DNA of 50,288 bases. It comes from Paraglomus brasilianum. Its lineage: Eukaryota. The stretch spans positions 1-50,288 of the forward strand of contig CAJVPI010000137.1 of the NCBI GenBank assembly GCA_910592345.1. Direction: 5' to 3'. The notes under the pieces were generated by a model. It saw nothing but the letters and a program-made list of their open reading frames with translations, did no database searches and was not told the origin of the DNA. The position numbers were made by a program, and so were the translations under genes. Positions 11,777-25,268 of this stretch are shown here, one piece after another. The stretch's first letter is position 1; each line of letters begins with the position of its first letter.

Positions 11777-13655
11777 ATGACTTTCAAAGCAATAATTCTC
11801 GTCGGTGGACCTTCGCGCGGTACACGTTTTCGCCCATTGTCTCTCGACTGTCCTAAAACGCTCTTCCCTGTTGCAGGCCACCCTGTCATCTGGCACCATT
11901 TAGAAGCCTTGTCCAGAGTTGATGGCTTGCGAGAAGTACTGCTGATCGGTTTTTTTGAGGCTTCAGTATTTGAAAGTTTCTTATTTGATGCTACTAGAGA
12001 ATTTGGTGACAAGTTTCATATTCGGTATGGAAGTCTCCTAAAAATGGAAATAAATGTTTACATAGACGTATTAACGCAATCAAGCTTAGAATTGGGAATG
12101 TGTTGTTGTTTGCAGATACCTTCGAGAGTATCGGGCTCTGGGCACTGCTGGAGGAATTTATCATTTCCGAGATGAGATTCAGAAAGGAGACCCACAGCAT
12201 TTGTTTGTTCTCAATGCGGATGTTGCGTGCAGTTTCCCGTTGAATGAGATGATGAGTTTCCACACTACCCATCGAGGCTTGTGTACAATACTTGGGACCA
12301 AGGTAGGTGGAGTGTATTAGAGAATACTATCATTGGATCGACATTGTCTGCTTTAATTCATTATGTGATGTGTAGACTAAATAAAATCAGCAGGCCGTTA
12401 TTGCACTAATTAACACTCTGTCGCTTCTTTCATTTGTTGTAGGTTCTCCCAGAGGACGCGCACAGATTCGGATGCCTTGTTGCTAAACCAGGTAGTAACG
12501 AAGTATTACATTACGTAGAAAAGCCCGAAAGCTTTATTTCTGATTTGATCAGTTGTGGAATTTATCTTTTTGATGTCGCCATATTTAATACGATGAAGGA
12601 GGCAACGCAAAACAAAGCTTCACAGATTGCGTATCCTTGGTTATTTTGTATACCCAGTCTTGGGATTAAAGCACACAACTGACAATTAATTTACTACGGT
12701 CTAATGCAATATATTGTCCTTAACTAGTGTCAACTTGACAGTTTAGATCCATATACGGACAGCGATGACAAACTACAATTAGAGCAAGATCTATTGCGAT
12801 CGCTTGCAGAGGCGCACAAATTGTATGTCTTTGAGACTAAAGACTTCTGGCGACAGATAAAGACACCAAGGTACGTGTAATAGTATGTACTTGCCATCCA
12901 TTTGAATTGAACATTAATAACTTAGCCAATCTTTCCTTAACAGTTCAGCTGTTCCCGCAAATGCTCTTTATCTTGAACAATATGCTCAGACATTCCCCGA
13001 ACGGTTGGCTAAAAGTGAACCTGGTGGCCCACAAATAGTTGGTGCTGTCTACATCCATCCTACAGCAATCGTTGATCCTCGCGCTAAGGTATGTAGTGCG
13101 CATACTTGTGACTGGAATTTAGCGTTATTATTTTTTCTTGGTCGATCATTAGTCAAACGTAAAGTATCTCACAACACATTCGATATTATATTAATAACGC
13201 TCTCCCTGTTCAAGTAGATTGGCCCAAACGTAACAATTGGTCCTCGAGTAGTTATCAGCAAAGGTGTTCGAATCAAAGACTCTATTATTCTGGATAATGT
13301 TGAAATCAAGAATTTTGCTTGCATTCTTCATTCTATCATTGGGTGGGACTCTAAAATTGGTAATTGGACGAGAATCGAAGGAACGCCTGTGATAAATCAT
13401 CAAACTATCATTACCCACAACGGTGTTAAAATCCAAAGTATTGCTATTCTTTGTAAGTGTATATTAAATGATTGGCCTTGTTGAATTGAATGACTTTGTT
13501 GAACATTCCATCTTTATTAACTCGCATATTCTATGTTTTGTTTTTTTTTTTTAGCCAAGGATGTTACCGTGAAAGACGAAGTTGTAATCAGGAATTGTAC
13601 TGTATTGCCTCACAAGGAATTGAAGAGCAGTTTTCACAACGAGATTTTGATGTGA
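11777..13655 (+). CDS. GMPPA: Mannose-1-phosphate guanylyltransferase, alpha (GMPPA-like) subunit; 7 exons
   Basis: Exons 11777-12024, 12116-12302, 12443-12630, 12742-12870, 12944-13088, 13218-13452 and 13555-13655. Motifs [13 protein letters not shown] (alpha-type insertion), HYVEKP, FWRQIKT, hexapeptide repeats, and C-terminus [17 protein letters not shown]. Confidence 0.93.
12631..12741 (+). other. U12-type (minor spliceosome) GT-AG intron in the GMPPA-like gene
   Basis: The 5' splice site is GTATCCTT. Branch site TCCTTAAC lies at 12717-12724, about 18 nt before the AG at 12740-12741, with no polypyrimidine tract. This acceptor restores the frame; the neighbouring AGs do not. Confidence 0.88.
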
Positions 13656-14004
13656 ATTGATGGTTACAAGATCTTAAATATTAAGTTTACGGGAATGTGT
13701 TGGAGGTGGAGTGCCCCATGAGTTATTTTTAAATAATTATAGATTTTTATTTGAATATTATTTACTTAGAAACAACTATTACTATGAAAAATAAACGAAT
13801 TGTGAAGTGAGGAAGAAGTGAATTATATTTTAAAAGTGTGCAAGAGGAGTCAGTTAGTAAAGGGCTACATTCATACCATTATCACATGACAACATATTAA
13901 TGTCCTGCGAATTAATCACATGCTCAGCCAACTTATATTTTTCTGCCGCAGCAGCCTTTCTTGACAGCCGGTTTCATAACACCCCAACACACAAATGTGC
14001 GATC

Positions 14005-16136
14005 ATGACGGACGCCACGGACACCCAAGCTAAACAAAAACGGTACTCGTTTCCTATCCCTTTCCTACTTCTTACCTTTGCTCAAGCCCTAAAGTTGACA
14101 CGTAGATATTTCTTTTCCCAGACTAAATCAAGATGATTTCCGTAAGTTACTACAAACACCGCGTCCAGGGGATGCAACGTCGAAAATTGGGTCATTGGGT
14201 ACCGCTTCCAATAGACAGCGATTAATTCCACCACAGACACCGTGAGTTGAGGTCTGAGATCTGATTTTGGAAAGGGAAAAAGGGAAAGGAAAAAGAATGA
14301 GGGCTAATTTTGAGAATGGATTGAATGTTTTAGGAGAGTTGGTGGGAATACAAGCTCAACAGTAACGAAAGCAGAGACACTAATTTCCAAACCCAGGAAA
14401 AGGTATTGTACAAAGCATTATTATACTCTCGTCTATTTTCAGAAGACCTAAACTAACAAATAGACAAACACTTGGTTGGCTTGCTATTCTCAATGCAGTC
14501 GCTTTATAAAGCCAACCCCTACTTCACCGCCTCACAATCAGTACAGAGATCGTGCTGCTGAACGCCGTGAAAATGCCAACCCTGACTATCAAGACACGGA
14601 ACAAATTCTCAAAGCCCTCAACCAGACTGAAACTCTTGCATCAAAAACCGTGTACGAACAATCAAAGTATCTTGGAGGTGATACCGAACATACGCATCTT
14701 GTAAAAGGTCTCGATTTCGCTCTGTTAACAAAAGTACGAAACGAGTTGAGTAAAGAGGGCCAAGAGGATGAAGATGAAGATACTACAAGAGAGTTGGAGA
14801 GATTGAAAGAGGAAACGCAGGAAGTACCTAGGATTATGAGCAAGCTTGCAAACAATATTTATCAACATGTTACTGAAACGAAGAAGCCTCCTCCAAAAGT
14901 TAATGAATTATTCATTGCTGGGAGAATGGCGTACGTTTTCGAACTTGCTGATAACGATGGAAATTACAACGATCCATTTGCTATTCCTACAACAATTATC
15001 CGTTCCAAAGCTGACATTGCCGACTTGGCTGAGGTCGATAAGTCTACTAATGACATTGTCATTGAAAAAATTTCTCAGGTTATGGCTTATGCTCGTTCTG
15101 GAGATCGTATGGAAGACGATGGAAAGGAGAAAAAGAAAAAGAAAGTGAAAGAGAAACAAGTACAACCGGCAGAAGTTAGGATGGTTAAAGCGGCTGCTAT
15201 TGATGATGATGAGGATATTTTTGCTGAGGCTGGGAGGGATTATAGTGTTACTATTGAGGAAAAAGATAAAGAAACGCAAGAGGAAAAAGAGGAAACTGCG
15301 GGAGAGACTGCTTGGTTCCTGTTTCCCGCTGCTGCCGGCGCTGCCAATGTGGGAACGGATGACACAGATAATATTAATAAAGAAGATGAGAATAACAACA
15401 CAATGAGGGAAACGGATACTAAGAAGAAATATTTCTTTCACCAGGCTGATTCTTCAATGGACACAGAAAACAACAGTGATACAAATTCTACATCGTTACA
15501 TACTCTTATCCAATCCGCTACTGCTTCAGATACCCACGATGGATCCACCTATTTTTCGTCTCTTTCTGCTTCTACTTCAAGCGATCCACAAACCTCAAAA
15601 ACTTCTTCATCCTCCCATTCTCCATCTATTCGTAAGCGTTTAATTTCCCAAGACAGCTACGATGTGGACTACTCTATTTTCGGTTTTGGTATGGGCGGAG
15701 TTGCGCGTGAGAATGCTTATGATTCGGGACAGTCAGATTCAGATTCTGATGAGACGCACACTATCCGTGACCAAGGCGTAGCAAAGAATAAAAAAGCGCA
15801 GCTAGTCAGGTGGGACTTTGAGACGGAAGAGGAGTGGCAGGAGTACAAGGTATGGAAAGAAAGATTTCAAAGTCTATGTCTCTAACTTGTCACGTACTTA
15901 AGATCGTTTTGCATTTGAAACTATGCGAACCACAGGACAAAGTAACGGCAATGCCGAAATCAGCTTTTCAATTCGGAGTCAAAACCAGTGATGGTCGTCA
16001 GACAAGAAGAAGTCGTAGGGAACTAACAGATAAACAAAAACTAGACAGAGATTTTCAGAAGATAAACAGAATTATGGAGGAAAAATATGGCGAAGGCATG
16101 GATGAGGGGCTGCCAAAAAAAAAACAGAAAAAGTGA
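14005..16136 (+). CDS. IK: Protein RED (IK) spliceosomal B-complex factor; 5 exons
   Basis: Exons 14005-14042, 14122-14241, 14334-14402, 14499-15849 and 15936-16136. Motifs LNQDDFRKLLQTPR, YRDRAAERR, SKYLGGDTEHTHLVKGLDFALL, RWDFETEEEWQEYK and AMPKSAFQFGVK. Confidence 0.93.
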
Positions 16137-17254
16137 TATTAAATAGATTGGACAGTTGTTTATTGGGCTAGTGCGGGATTAAGAAAGGCATTGAAGATGT
16201 ATTGCTGCGATGAGCAATAGATGGTGGCTTGAAAGGGATTCAAGACACGAATGCATGCGTGCTTTCTTTAGACAAATATTTATAATGATTGGTAGGTTTT
16301 CACTGTGAATTTGAAATGGGTTAGTATTTGTTCCCTGCCTACTCACGCCTGTATTCAGTGACTTTTTATTTAATCAAATTTTCGATGGCAGCCCCTAGGA
16401 CTCCACTCTTCCATCCTACCTTTGCATTTAGACGGAGGGTATAAATAATCTTGGGAGAATGTAGAGATACAAATAAAATTCCTATAAAGTCCAACCAGAT
16501 TATGATGAATACCGTATATGATAATTCAAGTTCTGCTTCGTCAGATATTGATGTGAGAATTTCAAAAGCCATTAAGAGCAGAATGCTCGGGAATTTGTGC
16601 AGTAAACGTGTCCGTTGATTTTAATACTGACATTCGAGCCAATCTCTACAGCACATTTACAGTTTATTTATAAGTTTGTTCACATACAGCTCCTGATTTA
16701 TTATCTCTTGCATCAGGTCACGAAACACAACATTGAAAAATAGGGATTAAAAAAAAATATATTATAATACAAAGTAAAATGGAAAAATTTTTTAACAAGA
16801 CAACTTGGTGTAAAAGGATCAGGCTATAAAGAGATACAAAGAACAAAACACAAAGCTGAAAAAACAAACCAACCGAGAATCAGAAATCAGAAATTGGAAA
16901 TGAGAAACAAAACAAAAAAAAAAAGTCGATATCGTAGAGTCCTTAATGGAAATTTTATCGTGAAGTTATGTAATCTAAAAAATTCCTATATCTACAAAAC
17001 CCAATATCTCCATCCGTGCCAATATAATAATCAATGATCACAACGTCTAATCTAATTTGCCTGCTAGAGTCAAGTAACTATAGTACTCCAGCACTGCCAG
17101 AGAACTTCTATCGTCTAAAGCAGTTGCGTGCTTTTTTTTTATGAACGGTAACAGTAATTATCGTCGCTGCATTATCGACTACCTTCGTATTCATCTTTCG
17201 GATACTCTTGTCTCTTTACCACTTTTCCCTTTCATTCATTTTCTTCTTGTTCCT

Positions 17255-19743
17255 TCATACATGTCCCATAACAACGGAGAATTTCAAAGTAGATGAAGAT
17301 CCGCTTTGACATGAGTTACCCGACGATCCATCATAATCGCGTACATCAAGAAGGTAGTCGTCTTGACATAGACTCGAGCTTTTCCAGCCCTATAAATAAA
17401 AATATGAGTGTAATTTTGTAAGTGTTAAGGCATTTAATAATCATAGAATTCTGAACAATGTTTGAACCTCCTTTTTGATCACTATCTTGTTAACTATTTG
17501 GAAAATAATTGTCCACCACATCATTTCATTCACTTGTCCATAGTCCCATGTTCCCAGTTATTTATAGCCAGTCTCGAATGTAATTAGAACCCCCCCCCCC
17601 TTTTATTTCCCACTACATACCCAGCTCTGCATCAAAGCAAAATTGTCCGGACTGCTCTGAAATTGTGTCAAACCATGGCTTGGCCCTCTCGCCGGGCAAA
17701 AAATCTTAAACCAAGTCCTAACTGTCTTTCTCTTGTCCGCATATTTCGAAAAGCTCTTGTCTTGATTTACTTTTGTCGATAGCTGTTGCGTGCATGTATC
17801 GTCTGGAGAGGTTTTCGTTGGAGTGGATGAGGGGTGAGAAGATGGAGAAACGGAGAGGTCTGGCATGGAGTGACGGTGTAAGTAAACGCCAAGTTGAATC
17901 CCCTTTCGGGGTGTTTTTATCTTCTGAATATACATGTTCCAGTTTGAACTATGGACAGGGGAATTATAAAACGTGATGAGAAAATAGAACAGTGTTTAAA
18001 AGTCAAGCGAAAATAAAATGAAATGAAAGCTGAAAGATGCTGCACATTTGAATGATGAACGTGATTAATTTTAGCGTAGAATTAATCTTCTATATCCACT
18101 GTCGATCCATATAGACGACATCTTTCTCTAACGCTTGAGCTCCCAATCTTATCTTTGTCGTCCATTCTTTCCAGAAACTTGACTCTTAAACATAAAACTT
18201 CACGCAGACCCAAAGCATTCAACGATAGCGCCTCTACTTACCCAGCATAAAACCTGGTTTTTGAATAAACCCTCTGTTTCTCCTTTAACTTTGCGACGTC
18301 AGCAAATTCGACCGAAAACCTAAACGGCGCGAAAAGTGAATACTCTACGGTACCCCTTCCCTCACCGTCTTTCATAGACTTTGTTCCGCCTCCAATCATA
18401 TCTTCCAACCCCGTCAAAGCCTCTCCGATATGTGTAGTATCATCGCTCGGAATCTCAAAATGCATACCGGAAGAATTTGGCGGAATTTCCATGGATGAAA
18501 TAGAAAGAGTGATTTCGCTTTCGGATGCGTTTTCGATCTTGTTGCGAAGATCGATTTGCTGCCAGAGTGCTTCTTTGGGAACATTCTCGGGGGCAAATGG
18601 AAGCTGCGTTATTTCATCTCGGTCACGGAGAATGATTTTCAGTTCTTCGAACGTCATGTGAGCATAATATATTCCATGTGTAAATATTGCGGTATACGTT
18701 GCTTCGTCGGGGTCTGTCGTTTGGGGTGGAGATGGATATAGGGGCGAAGGGGGAGATGAAGACGAGCAACGGGTATGATATGAGAACGGTGATGTGGGAC
18801 GGCGTTTTATTGTTGAGGAAGAAGGGGCGTTGATTTCGGTCGTGCGTGTATCTGGTATCGCGTTTGGTTCTTCGGCATAGGCAGAGTCAGAATTATAGAG
18901 TCTTTGCTGTCTGTTGTATACACGTGCCCTCCGTTTCTGTACGATATTCCTGGCAAAGGTATATCTATCATATTCCGTTGGAACCCAAAATGCATCACTT
19001 TCAATCACCCTCTTCATCCATTCTGCAGGTAGATCCAAAAATGCTTGCTCTAACTTTGGGTTGTCATAACCTTCTCTGCACAGGAAAGTAAAGCATGCTT
19101 CGGTGATCTTTTCTGAATGTGTTCCGTAAAAATGAGATGTCGCAAAGATCAGATAGTGGACAACTGTTGTATCTTTAATGTCACGGAGGATGACTTCTAC
19201 GCACATCTCACACAAGTCTTGAAGGTCAAGGAAGGAAGCCGTCGCGAGAAGAGAGAGAACTTGGCTAGGGGAGATAGTTTCGTCTAGACGACCGTAGAGA
19301 CGGGAGAGGGCGATTTTAAATGCTTCTGGAGTGATATTCTCGTCGTCAAACTTCAATTCGATGATTTTGGCTCCACTCTCCTTCCACGGTCCTTCCAATA
19401 GACTCGAGAAATATGAATTTTGATATAGGATAATTCTGTGCAAATGATAATCTTTGTCAAACACCCTAATTGTGACGTCGCTTCCGCTGCCTTCAATTAG
19501 TCCTCTTGAATAAATATGCTTGCATAAACCCATCATTTGCCGTAATATTCTCTGTGGGTCTTGTGTTGGGGGGGAGTATACAGATGAAGATGCTATTTCG
19601 TTTACGTAGTCTCTTGTATTTACGCTCTCTTTCTGAGTTAGAGTTGAAGGGGGGGACATGGTGTAACAATTGCGAGTTTCTGATAGAATCTGGATAAATT
19701 CGTCGTCTGTTAGTGCGAAGTCAATGGAAGGGTCTGGTGACAT
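17255..19743 (-). CDS. BTB/POZ (BACK-like) domain protein with C-terminal MATH-like domain; 3 exons
   Basis: Exons 19743-18242, 17948-17621 and 17389-17255, all GT-AG. Motifs SDVTIRVFDKDYHLHRIILYQNSYF, PFRFSVEF, FYAGSNWNMYIQK and QSWGWKSS...LKFSVVMGHV. Confidence 0.88.
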
Positions 19744-19840
19744 ATGGCAGCCCTATGCAAGTCGGGAGTAGTGAATAAGTATTATAAAAAGAGTTATACT
19801 TGTCGATTGCGTGGTATGGTTTACTTTTGTTGAGTATTTT

Positions 19841-19935
19841 ATTTCTCTCTGCTCTGGATAACCCGCTTTCTCTCTCTTTCTCTCTATCTCTTTCACTCTG
19901 TCTCTTACTCTCTCTCTTTCGTCTCTCTCTCTTTG
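19841..19935. repeat. Imperfect (CT/GA)n microsatellite upstream of the BTB gene
   Basis: Runs of tctctc visible directly. Confidence 0.85.
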
Positions 19936-20929
19936 TCACTTTCTTTTATTGCTATACAAAGAATTAGCAAGTAAATATGGAATGTTCTTTTGTTTTATTA
20001 GTCATAACACTTTAGGTATGAAGCCAAAGCGTTAGTTAAGCAAGAATTAGATAAAATCAAAAAAGAAAAAAAATTACAAGGTTGAGAGAATACGAAAATT
20101 GAGATCGGGCGGTGATGAGGCTTTTTGGGTTCGTTGTGGCAAATTGCAGGTTGATGATATGCGAGTTGTAGTTTTCGTTATTATAATTGATGACAGTATA
20201 TATCAAGTATTGATGGATCTGTTATACGGTTACACTGTGATAAAACTATTTGGAAGGTCTGAGCGACTCTCACAAGGGGGGAGAATATAACATTGTTGAG
20301 AGAGGACAGAATATACCGAAAAGAGTAAAAGTATGAGGGAATGGAAAGTTTGCTATTGAGCGATGCTAGTCTATGCAATTACTCACTAGCTTGATAATTT
20401 ATTCGCCAGTCTTATTATTATTGTTACCATTGTTACGGATAATTGTTACTGACATACTATCAGCATCTGCATGCTACATTGTCCGAGATCAATAGATATA
20501 TTGTTAACAGATCTCGTTGCACCAAAACAAAGGGCGTATTTTGTTATTCTGCGTTATTGAGAGTCCTATTACAGTTTAATTTTATGTTTCTTGATTGTTC
20601 TCCTCCGCTCTCTTTGGTCTCTTTTTTTTCTCTTTCGACGTTAAGCCATCGGTGACATCATGTGGGACATGCAAATGTCGCCCCGCAGAGATTTTGGGTG
20701 ATTCAAAACTGTTGAACGCCGCCACAGTTTTTTGTACCCCAAATATTGTATAAATATTCGCACAATTTAATATCAGTAAATAATAGCATATATCCAAATA
20801 ATTGTCTGTCAACAAATTTTCTCATAACTGTTATATATTAAGAATTCAGTTTACGTTTCAACCTATATTTTCTTAACCATATATAGCTCAAGCTGTAACA
20901 TCAAGAGCTATTAATTAACTATTTCGGCA

Positions 20930-21230
20930 AGTGCGTGAGTTTTCTTCACGTGTAGTTTAATGTTTAACTATTTGCATTATATCTCTTGATAATCTTTCTC
21001 AATCAGTTAAGCTATATTTATCTAAGCTCATAATGATAGTGGCATTGTCTCAGATACTAACTTCTGCCATACGGTCGTCCAGTAATTAAGTTGCTTTCAG
21101 TTTTCCAGCTGATTGCATCCCAAGCAATAACTATCCCTCTAAACATACCCTCTCCCTTATTCTCCGCTAATCAACTTAAGGATAGTGCATTGTGATGATT
21201 GATATTATCGCAGGGCGTTTCCTTTTGCTT
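20930..21230 (-). mobile_element. Highly decayed Tc1-like DDE fragment
   Basis: Minus strand shows WDAISWK and DNA..H-like remnants among stops. Confidence 0.35.
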
Positions 21231-22779
21231 GGCTAATAATAGCTAATTTTGATTGCTTCTGTCACTTAAATTATTACAGTTCAATTTAACTTTTTGGCTG
21301 GTTTTTAACCGCAAAAAATGCTATGTTTCTCGCTTTGCAACTTTTGGAAACATTGTCCTTTGAAATGTAAAGCAAGCACCTCTGGAAAACCGGAATTTTT
21401 ATTTCGGCGTTTTATTTCTCTGTAATTTTGCTTTATTGGTTATTTTTTGAGTCGACATCAAGATTTTAATCGAGAGTATTTATATCTTTCCTTTATTGAT
21501 ATTATTTTTTTTAGCTGCTTTCTCCCTGTTTTTATAGCTCATACTTCTACACATTTTATTATTAAAAACTGCCCATTTGAATTAAAATTTCTCAACTTGA
21601 CGTGTATAGTTAAAAACTAAAAGCTATTAATCCCCGGAGATTAATAGAATAAATTGTGTTCTCCATTTTTTTGTAGTTCTGTAATAGCAAGAGTATTTAC
21701 TTTCTGACAAGTGGCTGAATAATATTGTAAATATTTTAACGCCCCAGATTCGTGTAAGTATTCTAATTAAAATTATTTTAAAAAAGCAATCGTTTTTTTT
21801 AAAAGAAAAACCATAAATTATTAAAGACGTTGGGACGATTAAATTATTTTTACCTCATTGGGAACTGTAATTATGACATAGTGGAAATGTTATAATAAAC
21901 TAGTTTCATCCGTCAATTTCCATTCACTTTGGTAACCTGAGAGGTTATAATTTCCTTGACAAAAATGACGTAAATGTTCTTCTTGAATCTGAGGGTTTTT
22001 GATACATATGAATAAATTAAGTGCATGTTATACAACCTTTGGATCTTTTTGCTTACGTTTTTACGTTGCAAAAAAATTTTAAATAAAATAGAATAAAAAT
22101 AAAATAAAAAATAAAAATATATATAAACCACTCACGTTATCATATTTGTTACAACAGCATTTGAGTTATACTCGCAATAATTGTGCATTGATTAGTTGCT
22201 TGCCTTGCTTCTACGCTGTATTTCGTATTTATCAGCACTAGGACGTCTCCTTATATTGACAAGCAATAAGTTTATGTTATCCATGTGACTGTTCTGCATT
22301 TGGGAAAATTAAATTATATTCGCCGAAGTACGCCTTATGGTGTAAAGTTTGCTTAATATTATACAAATGCTATTGCCTTCTTATTCTAGTTTTAATAGTT
22401 GTTTCTGCTAACAGTCTTATGGTAGGAGTACCGTCTCAAATTTAAGCATCTTCTCAGGCATTTTTATCGGCAAAGTTTCCAAAAACTAGATAATTTTGCT
22501 CACTGAGCATTTTTATGAGTTTTGAGTTACTTTGACTCAATCGCTTTGAGTCATTGTTTAAGTTCTTGTAAGGCGAACTAACTAACGCCAACGTTAAATC
22601 ATACGGCGTAAACATTTAAATTTACATTCGAAAAACTGCTATCGAATGCAAAAAGTTTAGTCAAATATCTTGCGTTGTTGATGAAGTCCAAATTTATTTT
22701 ATTTGTCTGCGCTTTTAATGACTTCGGACCGTTGTTCAATTACATGCATGTGACAACTACAATGTGATTTGGTCACTTA

Positions 22780-23140
22780 GAACGAGAAATTGAGGAAAAA
22801 ACCCCATTCAAAGTCAACAATACATGATAATATAGCAAAGTATCGTGGAAAAAATACAGCTCACGCACTGGGAGGCCACCAAAACTGACAGACAAAGATA
22901 AGCGACATCTTAAAATAGTTGTTCGAACCAATCGCTGGCAGACTATAAAACTTTGTCCAATCAACTGGAACTGCTGTTAATAAATCGACAATAAAACGAG
23001 CTCTGTATAAATTAGGGTATAATAGCCGAGTTACCGCTCGAAAATCATTTATTTCGGGGAAAAAAATAAAAAAATATTGAATACGGTGGACTCGCTTTAT
23101 TGAAAATAAGGGCAAATTTCCTTTGATTCCTCTGATTTTT
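22780..23140 (+). mobile_element. Tc1 transposase N-terminal (HTH) relic
   Basis: RTGRPPKLTDKDKRHLKIVVRTNRWQT...VNKSTIKRALYKLGYNSRVTARKSFIS across a frameshift. Confidence 0.75.
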
Positions 23141-23327
23141 TCACTCTTATCATCTTCAACCATGGGGGCAAGAGCTGTATTTACATCTTTTGGTTGCTCT
23201 AGACACCCATTAACCCATTAACCCATTCTTGTTACTATTACTTGAATCCGTAGAGCACGTCCAATTGTCTCGACTTGATTATCGGTTAATTTAGTCGCAT
23301 TTATGGTATTTGGAGTTTTGTTGCTGG

Positions 23328-24226
23328 TATACATTCCCGGACAAAAGTATCGGACCCTCTAACTTTATTAATTACTCGAAATTATACATAATAAACGAGG
23401 CAGAAATTTTTATATGTTATGCTCTGGGTATTGAAAAACGCGTCACATTTTTTACGTGTTGTTTACAGCTTGTTTTTTGTTTTTGTAAACAAAAAATGAC
23501 TGATTGGTAATTTTGAATCGTTGACTTAAAATGTCTGAGTTAACTGAAGCTGAACGTGGTCAAATTATTGGCCTTTTCAAAGCCGGCGCTACAAAAGCCA
23601 GTATTAAAAAAACGCTTGGTTTCTCTAAAACAACAGTTATCAAAACTATTCAAATTTTTCAAAAAAAAAACAAACCAGTCTTGTAACTCAGCCACGAAGT
23701 GGTCGTCCAAAACTTTTGAGTTTTGAGCATCAACGAACATTAAAACAAATCGTTCAGAGTGGATGGAAAAATGAATAGGTTTGATAATATTCAAATACTT
23801 AAAACTCATTTGTTGTCATTAATTAACAGAAATTTAGTGGAAGAGTATATCTGTTCAGCATGATAATGCACCAGTTCATACTGCAAAAACTGCAGAAAAG
23901 AAGATCAAAATGTTAGCTAATTGGCCAAGTCAATCACCAGATTTAAATTCCATTGAACAGAATTGGACAGACGTATTAGAAACCGTTCTCCTTTAGCAAA
24001 AAATTTAAAAAAAACTAGAGACTGCATTGCAAGAAGAATGGCAAAAAATTTCTAATACTGTTTTAATGAACCTGATTGAAAATATGCCTCGAAGAATCGA
24101 AGCATGCATAGCAAATAATGGCTGGCCAACAAAATATTAAAATTTCTGCCTCGTTTATTATTATTATGTATAATTTCGAGTAATTAATAAAGTTAGAGGG
24201 TCCGATACTTTTGTCCGGGTAGTATA
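23328..24226 (+). mobile_element. Internally deleted Tc1 element with long, near-identical TIRs
   Basis: TIRs 23336-23410 and 24139-24219 are identical except for an (ATA)n expansion, with TATA flanks. Internal transposase remnants run from MSELTEAERGQIIGLF (ATG 23531) through [12 protein letters not shown] and [12 protein letters not shown] to NNGWPTKY* (stop 24138-24140). Confidence 0.92.
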
Positions 24227-24937
24227 CTTTTTTTTTATTCGTCGTAAGTTATGGTAGCAGCCATTATTTCCAATACTCCAGTCAACTTCCGTTAAGAATT
24301 ATCGATGTGACAAAAAACCAAAAATTTTATTGTGAATATGGGTATTTACCGAAAAAATTTCTAAACATGACTGTTTATACTAATACATAGTCTTACGATA
24401 AGATTTTTAGTTTTTTAATGTGACTATTTTTTTGCGCTATTTTGTGATTTATTATTTAGTGCAGCTCCCTTTTAGTGCTTAAAGTTGAGTAAGAAGATTT
24501 TTAAAATTTATCAAGCATATCTCTTTGACGTTTACATATTTCCTGGTTTTCGCAGCAGTTAGGTTTGGAACGTTTTTTAACTGTACCGTTTTTTTTTTTG
24601 TTTTTTTTGATAAACCACCAAACTCTTTCGTAATTTGGACGACTGAATTTTATCAAGCGTCCGAATTGTTACGAATACTTAATTTATACAGTTAATTATT
24701 ACAGCCGTCCGAATCGAATTATCGAAATATTAAAAGGAAGGAATCTAATATGAAAAAAAAAAGAGTCTGGCCGGACTATCAAAAATCTGAATCAAAGAGG
24801 GACGTTGTAAAGTACCCCGGGTCCTTTAGTCAGCGCTCTACGGTACTTTGGCATTATCCATTAAAGTGGTTAGCAGCTTTTGGTTACAAGCATAGACCCT
24901 TATATTCTACAATATGATGACGGAAACTAAACCGACT

Positions 24938-25268
24938 TACAGTGTTCTCAAAAAATATATATATATATATAAAAATGGTTGTAACAAAAATTATGTTTTT
25001 CTACAATAATCAGATAAATTTGAATGAAAAAATTTTAATATGTAATTCTATTGCTATTGCCGTTTTTATGTAGAATTAGTTTACATCTCCGTTTCATAGA
25101 CAAAATAATATTCTGTATAGAAACTGGCAATAATAAAAAAAAAAAAATTTTTTTTGTAAACAAAGTAAACAAATTTGCTGTTTTTGTTTTGTAAGCAAAC
25201 ACGTTTTTTTATTTACAAGTCAAAAAAAAGTTTATTTGCAAACCACCATTTTTTTTTGAGACACACTC
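24938..25268. mobile_element. Degenerate Tc1/pogo-type MITE
   Basis: Left tacagtgttctcaaaaaa...atggtt resembles the reverse complement of the right end, gagtgtgtctcaaaaaaaaatggtggtt. AT-rich non-coding interior. Confidence 0.5.

Noticed and set aside
17255..19743. BTB gene as the marker of a Rhizopus-type sex locus
   Set aside because: It is more than 20 kb from the HMG genes with unrelated genes between, and no tptA or rnhA is present.
23205..23227. (acccatta)x3 resembling telomere repeats
   Set aside because: An 8-bp unit rather than TTAGGG, only three copies, and internal to the sequence.
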